From: Candidatus Calditenuaceae archaeon JGI OTU-1
GTDB lineage: Archaea; Thermoproteota; Nitrososphaeria_A; Caldarchaeales; Calditenuaceae
Direction of reading: 5' to 3'
Length of the DNA stretch: 35,940 nucleotides
NCBI GenBank assembly: GCA_000494145.1
Contig: AWOE01000004.1
Coordinates: 26,539-62,478, forward strand
Below the pieces are notes generated by a model. That model did no database searches and was not told the origin of the DNA. It saw nothing but the letters and a program-made list of their open reading frames with translations. The position numbers and the translations under genes were made by a program. This document shows, in pieces, positions 8,736 through 17,564 of this stretch (within the stretch, counting starts at the first letter, position 1; each line of letters starts with the position of its first letter).

Positions 8736-9020
8736 TCAGATCAGCAGGTTGTAGAACGCGATCAGGCTGAGGAGCCAGAAGGCGGTGTACGCCCCTGCAC
8801 CGACGGACCAAGCCTTCCTCCTCGTCATCTCGGCCTCGTTGAGCAGAGGTCGCATGAAGGCCAGCGTGACGGCGATGTAGACGCCTACCGCAACTGGGAT
8901 CGTGACGATCCAGTGGGCAGACAGCGAGATGAGCGCCGAGACGTAACCGGTCAGCACGGCCACGCCGCACTTCAGCAGGTAGACGTGGATCTCCCTCAAT
9001 CCTGTGGGTTTCCCCATCAC
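8736..9020 (-). CDS. Small integral membrane protein (about 3 TM helices)
   Basis: 94 aa with three clear hydrophobic segments. GAGGAG lies just upstream of the GTG-ATG start pair (9020/9017). Confidence 0.6.
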   Translation of the reverse strand: MMGKPTGLREIHVYLLKCGVAVLTGYVSALISLSAHWIVTIPVAVGVYIAVTLAFMRPLLNEAEMTRRKAWSVGAGAYTAFWLLSLIAFYNLLI

Positions 9021-9125
9021 TCTCCTCTTTAGTCATGATCCCGGGCAGCAGGCTCGGCCCCGGAGCCGGGCAATCCGCCGTCTCCGCCATCGAGTTTATG
9101 AGTCTCCGGCACAGGGACGGAGAGG

Positions 9126-9587
9126 ATGTCGGCGCAGCAGAAGGAGACGAGGCTGATCGTGAGGCTCCTCGGCACCGACCTCGACGGAACGAAGCACGTT
9201 CCTTACGCCTTAGCCAAGATCTACGGCGTCGGGATAAACTTCGGATACGCGGTGGCGAGGGCCGTCGGGATCGATCCGATGACGAGGCTCGGTCAGCTGA
9301 CGGACCAGCAGCTGGCCCTCCTCGAGGACGCCATCACGAACCCCGCGAATTACGGGATACCGACCTGGATGTGGAACAGGAGGAGGGACCCGGTGACGGG
9401 GAAGGACACCCACCTCGTCGGGGCCGAGCTGAACCTGACTATGCGCGAGGACATCGAGAGGGAGAAGAAAATCAAGTCGTGGAGGGGCGTCAGGCACATG
9501 CTCGGCCTCAAGGTGAGGGGCCAGCGGACCAGGACCACCGGGAGGAAGGGAGGGCCAGTGGGCGTCGCGAGGAAGGCGACCAAGTGA
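9126..9587 (+). CDS. rps13: 30S ribosomal protein uS13
   Basis: 153 aa. LGTDLDGTKHVPYALAKIYGVG and the basic C-terminal tail RGQRTRTTGRKG are the archaeal/eukaryotic S13/S18 pattern. Confidence 0.95.
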   Translation: MSAQQKETRLIVRLLGTDLDGTKHVPYALAKIYGVGINFGYAVARAVGIDPMTRLGQLTDQQLALLEDAITNPANYGIPTWMWNRRRDPVTGKDTHLVGAELNLTMREDIEREKKIKSWRGVRHMLGLKVRGQRTRTTGRKGGPVGVARKATK

Positions 9588-11389
9588 CTTCTCCGGTCGA
9601 AAGCGTTATCCGTCCCTGTGCCGATTTTCCGTCGTTGGTCAGGCTCTCCGGCGGAGAGATTCTGGTCGAGTGCCTACTGCGTGAGGGCATCAGGTACGTC
9701 TTCGGGATCCCCGGCGACAGGAGCCTTCCGTTCCTCGACGCCATCCACAGGGTCGGCAGGAAGAGGGGGCTCGAGTTCATCACCACCAGGCACGAGCAGG
9801 CCGCAGCCCACATGGCGGACGCCTACTACAGGGTCACCGGCAGGCCGGCCGTGTGCTACGGAACCGTCGGGCCAGGCGCCGCGGGCCTGATCCCCGGTGT
9901 GTACGCGGCCTACGCCGACTCGATACCGGTGATAGTCCTCACCTCGCAGAACCAGCTCACGAGGATCTACCCTGACCACGGGAGCATGCAGTCGCTCGAC
10001 CAGCACTCGCTCTTCAGGCCGGTGACGAAGTGGAGCGCCGTCGTGAACCACGTGAGCAGGATCCCCGAGCTCGTCCAGAGGGCCTTCAGGGTCGCGCTTA
10101 CCGGGAGACCGGGGCCGGTCCACCTCGACATACCTTCAGACGTCATAGCATCCGAGATCGACCTCGACCCGGTCAAGGCGTTTCCCGAGCCGAGGTCCTA
10201 CAGGCCGGTGAAGAGGCCGAGGGCCGATCCGGGATCTGTGAGGGAGGCGGTGAGGATGCTGGCCGGTGCCAGGCTGCCCCTGATCCACGCGGGGTCCGGG
10301 GTCCTGAGGAGCGACGCCTCGGAGGAGCTGATGAGGCTCGCAGAAGCCCTCAAGGCACCTGTCATCACCAGCCTCTCGGCGAGGGGCGCCGTCCCCGAGG
10401 ACTGGGAGCTTTGCCTCATACCTGGGAGTCCGGGGGCGTTCGTGGCGATGGGCATGGCCGACGTCGTCCTCCACATGGGCGGGAAGCTCGGCGACATGGA
10501 CCTCTGGGGCAGGTCGCCACACTGGGGAGAGATAGGGGTCCAGAGGTGGATACAGGTGGACATAGACCCGGAGATGATAGGGCTCAACAGGCCCGTCGAC
10601 CTGGCCCTCGTCGGAGACGCCAAGACGGTCCTCTCCCAGATGCTGGAGGAGCTCCGAGGCCTTGAGGTCAGGGTCGATAGGGACGTGGGCGAGCTGAGGC
10701 GCCTCTGCGAGGAGTGGGAGAGGGGATTCCTCGAGGTCGCCATGAGTTCCTCCCATCCCATCCACCCGCTCAGGGTCGTCCACGAGGCGAGGAGCTTCTT
10801 CCCGAGGGACGCGATCTCAGTTGCGGACGGGGGCAACACCGCGGTCTGGGCCCACTACCTCAACCGCATCTACTACCCGAGGACCTTCCTCTGGGCTGCC
10901 GACAGCGGCCACCTCGGGGCAGGGCTCCCGTACGCGATAGCCGCGAAGCTCGCGTCACCTGACCGAAGCGTCTACCTCCTAACCGGAGACGGGGCCTTCA
11001 TGCTGAACGTCCAGGAGCTGGAGACCGCATCGAGGTTGGGGACGGAGATCGTGGCGATCGTCTTCAACGACGCCCAGTGGGGCATGATCAAGGGAGCCCA
11101 GAAGCTCTTCTACCGGTCGAGGTACGTCGGCGTCGACTTCGGCGACGTGAGGCACGACCTCGTCGCTGAGGCGATGGGCTGTCACGGGATCCGGGTGGAG
11201 AGGGCGGAGGAGCTGAGGGGTGCCCTGAGGGAGGCCGCAGCGTGCGGGAGGCCTGCGGTGATCGACGTGAAGGTCGACAGGGAGGCCAACCTCACACCTC
11301 CCGATCTCGAGACGCTGGCGGCCATCTGGCTCGAGGGCTGCGAGGTTCCGGTGAGGGAGGAGTTAGTGGAGGAGAGGGTGGAGGCCTAG
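9584..11389 (+). CDS. Thiamine-pyrophosphate-dependent enzyme, acetolactate synthase large-subunit-like
   Basis: N-terminal Pyr domain (GGEILVECLLREGIRYVFGIPG) and the TPP-binding GDGAFMLNVQELETASRLG...N motif. The track ORF starts at 9035, but that part overlaps rps13 in another frame and is R/E/G-rich. GTG 9584 overlaps the rps13 TGA (GTGA) with GAGGAAGG 7 nt upstream. TTG 9635 is an alternative start. Confidence 0.85.
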   Translation: MTSPVESVIRPCADFPSLVRLSGGEILVECLLREGIRYVFGIPGDRSLPFLDAIHRVGRKRGLEFITTRHEQAAAHMADAYYRVTGRPAVCYGTVGPGAAGLIPGVYAAYADSIPVIVLTSQNQLTRIYPDHGSMQSLDQHSLFRPVTKWSAVVNHVSRIPELVQRAFRVALTGRPGPVHLDIPSDVIASEIDLDPVKAFPEPRSYRPVKRPRADPGSVREAVRMLAGARLPLIHAGSGVLRSDASEELMRLAEALKAPVITSLSARGAVPEDWELCLIPGSPGAFVAMGMADVVLHMGGKLGDMDLWGRSPHWGEIGVQRWIQVDIDPEMIGLNRPVDLALVGDAKTVLSQMLEELRGLEVRVDRDVGELRRLCEEWERGFLEVAMSSSHPIHPLRVVHEARSFFPRDAISVADGGNTAVWAHYLNRIYYPRTFLWAADSGHLGAGLPYAIAAKLASPDRSVYLLTGDGAFMLNVQELETASRLGTEIVAIVFNDAQWGMIKGAQKLFYRSRYVGVDFGDVRHDLVAEAMGCHGIRVERAEELRGALREAAACGRPAVIDVKVDREANLTPPDLETLAAIWLEGCEVPVREELVEERVEA

Positions 11390-12438
11390 GCTCCCCTGCT
11401 CACCTCGACGAGGACCTTCAGAGCCTCCTTCCTCTCGAAGAGCTCGAAGCCCCTCGGCACCTCCTCCAACGGGAGGCGGTGGGTGACGAGCCTGCTCGGG
11501 TCGAGCCTACCCTCGGAGACGAGCCTGATGAGCCGTTCGCCGTTCCTGATCGGGTCGCCTATCGAGAAGACGAGCTTCTTCTCCGTGAGCCAGAGCTGCC
11601 CCATCTGGACACCGTACTCGTGGAGGTGGAAGCCGACCACAGAGACGGTCCCCTTCCTCCTCACCATCTGGATCGCGGTCATCAGCGGCTCAACGGTCCT
11701 CCCAACGGCCTCGATCACGACGTCAGCTCCCCTTCCGTCGGTCATCAGCCTCACCTCCTCCACGGGATCGGCCCTGCTCGCGTTCACGGTCCTGAACCCC
11801 AACGACTCCGCGAACTTGAGACGCTCCTCAGAGACGTCCACCATCAGGACCTCCGAGGCGCCGAAGAGGAGGGCGCACATCCCGCTCATCAGTCCGATCG
11901 GCCCGGATCCCACGACGGCCACGACGACGCCGGGCGAGAGGCCTGCGTTTGCGACCGCATCGAACCCTGTGGCGAGGCCGTCGCCGATGAAGACGAGCCT
12001 TTCGTCCGGAACGCCCTCAGGTGCCCTGATCAGCGTCACGTCGGCGTTCGGGACCCTCACCAGCTCAGCGAAGGCCCCGTCGAGGCTCTCACCGTAAGCA
12101 GGCCCCATGCCGAAGATGTTGACGCTCTCGCACTGGGTGAAGAGCTGCCTCCTGCAGAACCAGCACTCGCCGTCGGCCACCCACGCCGAGACTATGACCC
12201 TGTCGCCCTCCCTGAACCGCCTGACGCCGCTGCCAACGCGCTCCACGACGCCCATGAACTCGTGTCCCAGCACCGTCCCCGGGACGACCGTCAGCTCCCC
12301 CCTGTAGACGTGGAGGTCCGTGCCGCAGATGGAGGCGGTAGTGACCCTCACGATGGCGTCCCTGTCCGAAGCCAGGGTCGGCTCCTCCTTCTCCTCCACC
12401 CTCACGTCCCTCGGACCGTGCCACGTGGCTGCCCTCAT
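11386..12438 (-). CDS. Zn-dependent medium-chain alcohol/formaldehyde dehydrogenase family protein
   Basis: CGTDLH, GHEFMGVVERVG and the GSGPIG Rossmann motif. The track ORF (to 12849) is over-extended; ATG 12438 gives MRAATWHGPRDVRVEE. Its stop shares a CTAG with the convergent TPP gene. Confidence 0.9.
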   Translation of the reverse strand: MRAATWHGPRDVRVEEKEEPTLASDRDAIVRVTTASICGTDLHVYRGELTVVPGTVLGHEFMGVVERVGSGVRRFREGDRVIVSAWVADGECWFCRRQLFTQCESVNIFGMGPAYGESLDGAFAELVRVPNADVTLIRAPEGVPDERLVFIGDGLATGFDAVANAGLSPGVVVAVVGSGPIGLMSGMCALLFGASEVLMVDVSEERLKFAESLGFRTVNASRADPVEEVRLMTDGRGADVVIEAVGRTVEPLMTAIQMVRRKGTVSVVGFHLHEYGVQMGQLWLTEKKLVFSIGDPIRNGERLIRLVSEGRLDPSRLVTHRLPLEEVPRGFELFERKEALKVLVEVSRGA

Positions 12439-12446
12439 AGACCCAC

Positions 12447-12887
12447 CTACGCGATGAACTCGGTCGGGACCTTCTTCAGGGCGTTGACGAAGGCCGAGGA
12501 GGCGGCGGCGTTGGAAAGGAGCTTGCCGACGTCTCCCTTGACCCTGAGCTGCCCGGTCATGAAAGCCATCGTGGGGCTCAACCTCCCCTGAGCCACCTTC
12601 TTCATGTTCTCGTAAGTGCCCGAGATGATTATCGGTGCCGGCTTCTCCTCCGGTGCGTTGAGGAACTCGAAGCCCCTGCACTTGCCGTGGTAGAGGTCCA
12701 TCCACACAACGACCCTCTCGGTCCCGAAGTGCTCCCTCACGGGCTTCGGAAGGTCGGTGACCACAAGGATCAGCGGGTCCTCCCAGTTCTTGGCGGCCTT
12801 GGCGTACTCCTCGTCGCCGTTCAGCACCCGCATGAACTCCTCGAACCACTCCCTCGAGCCGAAGACGAACTTCCTCTGCTCCGACAT
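12447..12887 (-). CDS. SCP2 sterol-carrier-like domain protein
   Basis: TMAFMTGQLRVKGDVGKLL is the SCP2 C-terminal signature. ATG 12887 (MSEQRKF) is preferred over the longer track ORF (to 13028), which overlaps the upstream gene. Confidence 0.85.
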   Translation of the reverse strand: MSEQRKFVFGSREWFEEFMRVLNGDEEYAKAAKNWEDPLILVVTDLPKPVREHFGTERVVVWMDLYHGKCRGFEFLNAPEEKPAPIIISGTYENMKKVAQGRLSPTMAFMTGQLRVKGDVGKLLSNAAASSAFVNALKKVPTEFIA

Positions 12888-12919
12888 CGTGTGAACCTTG
12901 GCTTCACAGCGGATAAGCG

Positions 12920-14047
12920 TTACCGGCCGGTAAACTCGCGCCTCGCCAGCTCGGCACCTTTGACGAGGGCCCTCTCCTTCTCGAAGGCCACCTCCCACCT
13001 TCTGGTCCTGAGGCCGCAGTCGTGACACGCGATCACCTTCCCAGGATCGTCGAGGACCCTCGCCGCGTAGAGGAGCCTGTCCCTCACCAGCTCAGGCGGC
13101 TCGACGAAGTCGGTGTGGACATCGGTCACACCCGGTGCCACCTTCGCCCCGATCGAGTGCTCCCTGAAGAGCCTGAGGACGGAGTAACCCTTCCTCGCGT
13201 CGTCGCTCACGCCGGGCAGCAGGGTGTCCCTGTTGGCGCACTCTATCGAGAACTCGTCGACCCTCATCTCGGCGATGTGAGGGAAGAGCTTGGAGTAGTC
13301 GCTGTAGCAGACGTGGAGCGTGAACGTCGCGTCGATCCCCTCCACCATCTCGTTGAAGGCCTGCACGTAGAGTTCGACCTCGTCGGGCTTCGTCGTCAGC
13401 GCAGGCTCGTCTATCTGGATCCTCCTCGCACCGGCCTCGACGAGGGCCTTCAGCTCGGGCCTCACGACGTTCTCCACTAAGTCGTGCAGCAGCTCCTCCC
13501 TCGCCCTCCTCCTCCGCTCGATGGGGTTGAGGTCCCTGTTCTGGCGGGAGATGTAGAACTCGTCGTAGCTCCAGTCCATCAGCGTGTAGGGACCCGTCAC
13601 GGGCACCTTCACTTCCCTCCGAGCCTTCGACCTGACGAAGAGGAACTCATCGAGGTAGGGAGACGATCTGAGCCTCGGGACGCCCACTACCGCTGCCTTC
13701 CTGTAGGTCTCCGCGTCCCAGACCTTCACCCTTCCGAGGAAGACGGCGTTCTCGACCCTCAGCATCAGGTGCTCGTACATCTCGACCCGACGCTGCTCGC
13801 CGTCGTAGACCACGTCAAGCCCTGCGGCCTCGTGGAACCTTATCCCGTATAGCGATGCCCACTCGAGCAGCCGGTCCTGGGTGAAGCTCCCGTCGCGAAG
13901 GGACCGGTAGAGGAGCTCGTGGTCCTCGACGTTGAGCCTTCTTCCCCAGTACAGCGCCATCTCGGCCGACTCGTGCGATCCCGGCCTCTTCAGGAAGGGA
14001 GCCCTCGAGAGCGATCCGACCTCCTGTGTCCTGAACAGGCCGATCAA
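12920..14047 (-). CDS. metE: Cobalamin-independent methionine synthase, catalytic (MetE C-terminal-like) half
   Basis: UROD/MetE-like barrel retaining the Zn-ligand motifs HVCYSDY (His-x-Cys) and CHDCGL. The TTG start overlaps the upstream stop as TTGA. Confidence 0.85.
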   Translation of the reverse strand: MIGLFRTQEVGSLSRAPFLKRPGSHESAEMALYWGRRLNVEDHELLYRSLRDGSFTQDRLLEWASLYGIRFHEAAGLDVVYDGEQRRVEMYEHLMLRVENAVFLGRVKVWDAETYRKAAVVGVPRLRSSPYLDEFLFVRSKARREVKVPVTGPYTLMDWSYDEFYISRQNRDLNPIERRRRAREELLHDLVENVVRPELKALVEAGARRIQIDEPALTTKPDEVELYVQAFNEMVEGIDATFTLHVCYSDYSKLFPHIAEMRVDEFSIECANRDTLLPGVSDDARKGYSVLRLFREHSIGAKVAPGVTDVHTDFVEPPELVRDRLLYAARVLDDPGKVIACHDCGLRTRRWEVAFEKERALVKGAELARREFTGR

Positions 14048-15015
14048 CCTCCCTGCCCCAGGAAGGTCGCCTTAATTTCTCTGAGCGCGATCAGCTTCGA
14101 CCTGGCCACGTCGGGAGGAACGTACTCCAGATCGGTTGTGGTCGTCAGGTGGATCCTGTTGAAGCCCGCATCGGCCAGCGCCCTCAGCAGCCCCATCACC
14201 TCTCCCGGCCGCTCGACCCTGCTGCTCCTCGAGTCCACTATCCCTACTGCCACCTCGCCTCTGAGCCCCGAATTCAGGACATCGTCCTGCGATGTGACGG
14301 TCGCGTCGAAGCCCACCACGTCTGCACCTGCGTCCTCTATCCATCCTGTGGCGTTCCCGAGGGGATAGAAGAAGGTGTGGAGCTGTACCCTCAGTCCGGT
14401 CCTCCGCTTCAGGACCTTCACCGACTCCGCCACCGCGTCCACCTCCGCCGGGCTCAGCCTCTTCGTGACCAAGTAGGGCGCGGAGAGCTGGAGTAGCTCG
14501 ACGCTGAGACCAGTGACTTCGATAAAGCGCACCACCTCCTCTGCCAGCAGACGGGCCACCTCGACTGCCAGCTCCTCGGGACCGATCTGGACGATCCGGT
14601 GTGAGAGCATGACCATCGTGAGGGGCTCGGGAAGGATCAGCTTCACACCCCTCCCCCTGAGGACTTCGGCGAAGACGTACTCCGATAGGACGTCTCCGGG
14701 GCTGCTCGGCCTCTCCCTGAAGACCGGAACTCTGTAGAAGAGGTTGTTGTCGAACCACCTGGCGAGCCCGTCGACCTCGAGGCCGGACCAGCTCTCCGCG
14801 AAGGGCCTGAAGTGGTCGTGCCAGAGGAGCATCGGGTCCGTCAGATAGTCGAATCCCAGCTCCTGCTCGAGCTGGACCCACCTCGACGTCTCAGCGAGGG
14901 CAACCGATCTGACCTCCTCCCACGTCGCCTTCCCCCTCCCGTACCTCCTCAGCACGCCGAAGAGCTCCTCGGACCTCGGCAGGTTCCCCGACAGGTGGAC
15001 GAGGACCTCCGTCAT
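14044..15015 (-). CDS. MetE N-terminal-like (degenerate, Zn-ligand-less) barrel protein
   Basis: Paralogous MetE-like fold, but the positions equivalent to His-x-Cys and the C-terminal Cys read HTFFY and TTTTDLEY. ATG 15015 is preferred over the track GTG 15042, because a GCGTTTTTCA TATA-like element sits at about 15046-15054 and GAAGAGG precedes the ATG. Confidence 0.75.
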   Translation of the reverse strand: MTEVLVHLSGNLPRSEELFGVLRRYGRGKATWEEVRSVALAETSRWVQLEQELGFDYLTDPMLLWHDHFRPFAESWSGLEVDGLARWFDNNLFYRVPVFRERPSSPGDVLSEYVFAEVLRGRGVKLILPEPLTMVMLSHRIVQIGPEELAVEVARLLAEEVVRFIEVTGLSVELLQLSAPYLVTKRLSPAEVDAVAESVKVLKRRTGLRVQLHTFFYPLGNATGWIEDAGADVVGFDATVTSQDDVLNSGLRGEVAVGIVDSRSSRVERPGEVMGLLRALADAGFNRIHLTTTTDLEYVPPDVARSKLIALREIKATFLGQGG

Positions 15016-15157
15016 CCTCTTCGCCGGTGGACAGGCCAGCACGTGAAAAACGCTTCATCGCTGCACCGGCATTCGATGCGTCCTGCCTCGAGCTCGATGG
15101 GGATGGAGAAGGTAGATATCGTGGAGTCCAAGCAGGCGACGTGAGGGATCCGTTATT

Positions 15158-16255
15158 GTGGCGGGCAGCAGGGAGCAGAAGCTCCTCGAGGAGTTCGGGC
15201 TGACGGAGCTCGACCCGTCGGAGCTGCCGCTCGACCACCCGTACGTCAGGCGCAGGATAGTCTTCTCGGCGAGGACGAAGGAGGAGCTGATTGAGGCCCT
15301 GGGGACCTCGAACTACTACGTCCTCACGGGCATCATGCCCTCCTCCGAGAGGATCCACCTCGGCACGATGGCGGTCATCGAGTCGGTCAAGTGCTTCGCC
15401 GAGAGGGCAAAGTTCACGGTCCTCCTCGTCGCTGACCTCGAGTCGCTGGCCACGAGGAACATCAGCCTCAAGGACGGCAGGAGGATTGCCCTCGAGTACC
15501 ACATACCGACCTATCTTGCCTTGGGGATAGATCCCGAGAGGACCGTCTTCTATTTCCAGTCGGACAACATAGACGTCCACAGGATAGCGGCCGATGCGGC
15601 GAGGGAGATAACGCTGAACGAGTTCAGGGCAGTCTACGGCAGCGCCGAGCCGTCAAGGATCGTCTCCAGCCTCTACCAGATAGGCGACGTCCTCTTCCCC
15701 CAGCTGGCCTTCCGAGGAACGCCCGGCATCATCCCGGTCGGTCTTGACCAGGACCCGCACCTCAGGCTGGCCCGCGATTACGTCAGGCGGACCCCTCACT
15801 TCGACTTCAAGCCCATCATCGGAGCCTACATCAGGGACGTCCCGAGCCTGAGGGGGGAGGGGAAGATGAGCAAGAGCGATCCGCTCTCCGCGATCTTCCT
15901 GCCGGAGGACGACATGGCTGAGCTGAGGCGGAAGGTCTTCAAGGCCTTCTCCGGAGGTAGGGAGCCCGTGGAGGTCCACAGGAAGCTTGGAGCCGACCTC
16001 GAGGTGGACGTGCCCTATCAGATCCTTCGTTTCGTCCTGAAGGACGAGAGGGAGCTCGAGCGGGTCAGGGAGGAGTACGGGTCTGGGAGGATGTTGAGCG
16101 GCGAGATCAAGCAGTACCTGTTCGAGGTGCTCCGGGAGATGATGACGGAACTCAGGGAGAAGCTGGAGCAGTGCAGGGACCTCGTAGCCCGGAACGGCAT
16201 AACGCTGGTGAGGAACGCGGAGGAGCTGAGGGAAGCCGTGGCCAGCATGGGCTGA
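15158..16255 (+). CDS. trpS: Tryptophanyl-tRNA synthetase (archaeal/eukaryotic type)
   Basis: TGIMPSSERIHLG (compare the eukaryotic TGRGPSSEAMHVGH), the KMSKS loop (GKMSKSDP) and KAFSGG. GTG start with GTGAGGG 8 nt upstream. Confidence 0.9.
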   Translation: MAGSREQKLLEEFGLTELDPSELPLDHPYVRRRIVFSARTKEELIEALGTSNYYVLTGIMPSSERIHLGTMAVIESVKCFAERAKFTVLLVADLESLATRNISLKDGRRIALEYHIPTYLALGIDPERTVFYFQSDNIDVHRIAADAAREITLNEFRAVYGSAEPSRIVSSLYQIGDVLFPQLAFRGTPGIIPVGLDQDPHLRLARDYVRRTPHFDFKPIIGAYIRDVPSLRGEGKMSKSDPLSAIFLPEDDMAELRRKVFKAFSGGREPVEVHRKLGADLEVDVPYQILRFVLKDERELERVREEYGSGRMLSGEIKQYLFEVLREMMTELREKLEQCRDLVARNGITLVRNAEELREAVASMG

Positions 16256-16273
16256 TCATGGCCGTCGGGAAGC

Positions 16274-16702
16274 TCACGGTATCCGGTCGAGCGGTGTCGG
16301 GTCCTCCCGTTCTATGTAAGTGACGTGGTGGAGCTCGTCGCCGATCCGGACCATGTGCTTCGAGGACTTGGGCGGGAGCCTCTTCCCCGTCAACGCGGCG
16401 CGTATCACGTCCTCCTTCGTCACCGGCGGCTTGCCGTCCCAGGGCTCGACCACGATCTCTTCGCGCATGTAGTCCACCAAGTAGGCCGGGATGTACCTCT
16501 TCCCCAACCGCTTCATGCAGTTGTACCGGTGGTGGCCGTCGATGATCGTCATCGTCCTCTCGTCCACCAGAATGGGCCTCTTCAGGACGCCGTCGCTCAG
16601 GATCTCGCTCAGCAGCTCCTCCAAGTGCTCGGGGATGTAGTGCTCGTGCTCCCTGAGCTCGTCGAGCCTCACCAGCCTCGGCTTAAGCTCCAGCAGGTCC
16701 AT
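16274..16702 (-). CDS. Stand-alone ParB/sulfiredoxin-like (ParB N-terminal nuclease-like) domain protein
   Basis: 142 aa. The DELREHE..., KRPILVDERTMTIIDGHHR pattern (DGHHR) is the ParB/Srx-fold signature. A TTAAAATTAAG TATA-like element lies about 25-30 nt upstream, suggesting a leaderless mRNA. Confidence 0.7.
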   Translation of the reverse strand: MDLLELKPRLVRLDELREHEHYIPEHLEELLSEILSDGVLKRPILVDERTMTIIDGHHRYNCMKRLGKRYIPAYLVDYMREEIVVEPWDGKPPVTKEDVIRAALTGKRLPPKSSKHMVRIGDELHHVTYIEREDPTPLDRIP

Positions 16703-16846
16703 CGCTCCGCGGTCAAAGGGGGCTTAATTTTAACCTGGTTACGCCTCTTTGTCCATTACAGTTTGAAGTATTTTAGCAATTGAAACGGATGTGATGCGGG
16801 GATCGGCGGTCTCTCTTTTGTATAGCCCGTTCCGTTCGAATGGATC

Positions 16847-17548
16847 GTGCAGGACGTCAGAGGGCCACCGGTGAAGCTGCTCCTCGCCGAGGCATCGCTG
16901 GAGCTGATACCGCCGGAGATCTGGGACGAGCCCGACGTCAGGGCCTACTGCAGGAAGAGGAAGAAGTCGCCGAGGTGGACGCTCCTCGACTCCTCCTACC
17001 ATCACAGGGCGATGAGGAAGCTCTCGGGGACGGAGAAGAGGGGGAGGCCTGACATAGTCCACGTGACGCTGCTGGAGGCGCTGGGGTCGCCGCTTAACCT
17101 CGAGGGGATGCTGGAGGTCCACGTCCACACGCTCTCCGGTCACTGGATCAGGATCGACCCCTCGACGAGGTTGCCGAGGGTCTACGACCGGTTCAAGGGG
17201 CTGATGGAGGCGCTCCTGAAAGAGGGGAAGGTCGTGACTGAGGACGGAAAGGTCCTCCTCCAGTCGGAGAGGAGGAGCTTCGGGGAAGTGTTGCAGGAGC
17301 TCGGGAAGCACCCGGTGGTGCTGCTGCACGAGTCCGGTGAGGAGATGAGCGATCCGGTTCTGGAGGGTCTGCTCGGAGCTGGGGGGTTGATCCTGGTGGT
17401 CGGGTGCTTCCCTCACGGCGACTTCAGCAGGGAGGTCCTGGAAGCGGCTGACGTCAGGCTGAGGGTCCACGGACAGAGGCTCGACGCCTGGGTCGCCACA
17501 TCGAGGGCCCTCTGCTCTCTGGAGAGGTTGCTGCTCAGGAAAACGTGA
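16847..17548 (+). CDS. nep1: rRNA small-subunit pseudouridine methyltransferase Nep1 (Emg1)
   Basis: LLLAEASLELIPPEI, LDSSYHHRAM, GRPDIVHVTLL, RLPRVYDRFKGLME. These are co-linear with the M. jannaschii Nep1 sequence as I recall it. Confidence 0.9.
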   Translation: MQDVRGPPVKLLLAEASLELIPPEIWDEPDVRAYCRKRKKSPRWTLLDSSYHHRAMRKLSGTEKRGRPDIVHVTLLEALGSPLNLEGMLEVHVHTLSGHWIRIDPSTRLPRVYDRFKGLMEALLKEGKVVTEDGKVLLQSERRSFGEVLQELGKHPVVLLHESGEEMSDPVLEGLLGAGGLILVVGCFPHGDFSREVLEAADVRLRVHGQRLDAWVATSRALCSLERLLLRKT

Positions 17549-17564
17549 GCGGCTGTCTGCGACG

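Noticed and set aside
9035-9583. The N-terminal 183 codons of the 784-aa track ORF, which would make a giant TPP-enzyme fusion.
   Set aside because: This part overlaps the confidently identified rps13 in another frame. Its translation is R/E/G/D/P-rich low-complexity sequence typical of off-frame reading in GC-rich DNA. The TPP-enzyme homology starts only after about 9640.
11242-12591. 449-aa ORF antisense to the alcohol dehydrogenase. The same class includes 7257..8120, 4232..5215, 5679..6542, 18396..19367, 21857..22864, 27880..28551 and 32969..34033.
   Set aside because: All are antisense or off-frame shadows of genes with clear family motifs. Their translations are dominated by R, P, G, H, D and L runs without recognisable domains. 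Long shadow ORFs are expected at this GC content.
16834-16841. GTTCGAAT, a tRNA T-loop-like string in the parB-like/nep1 spacer.
   Set aside because: The flanking bases (TTCCG / GGATC) cannot form a T-stem and no acceptor or anticodon arms can be drawn. The spacer is better explained by two divergent TATA-like promoters.
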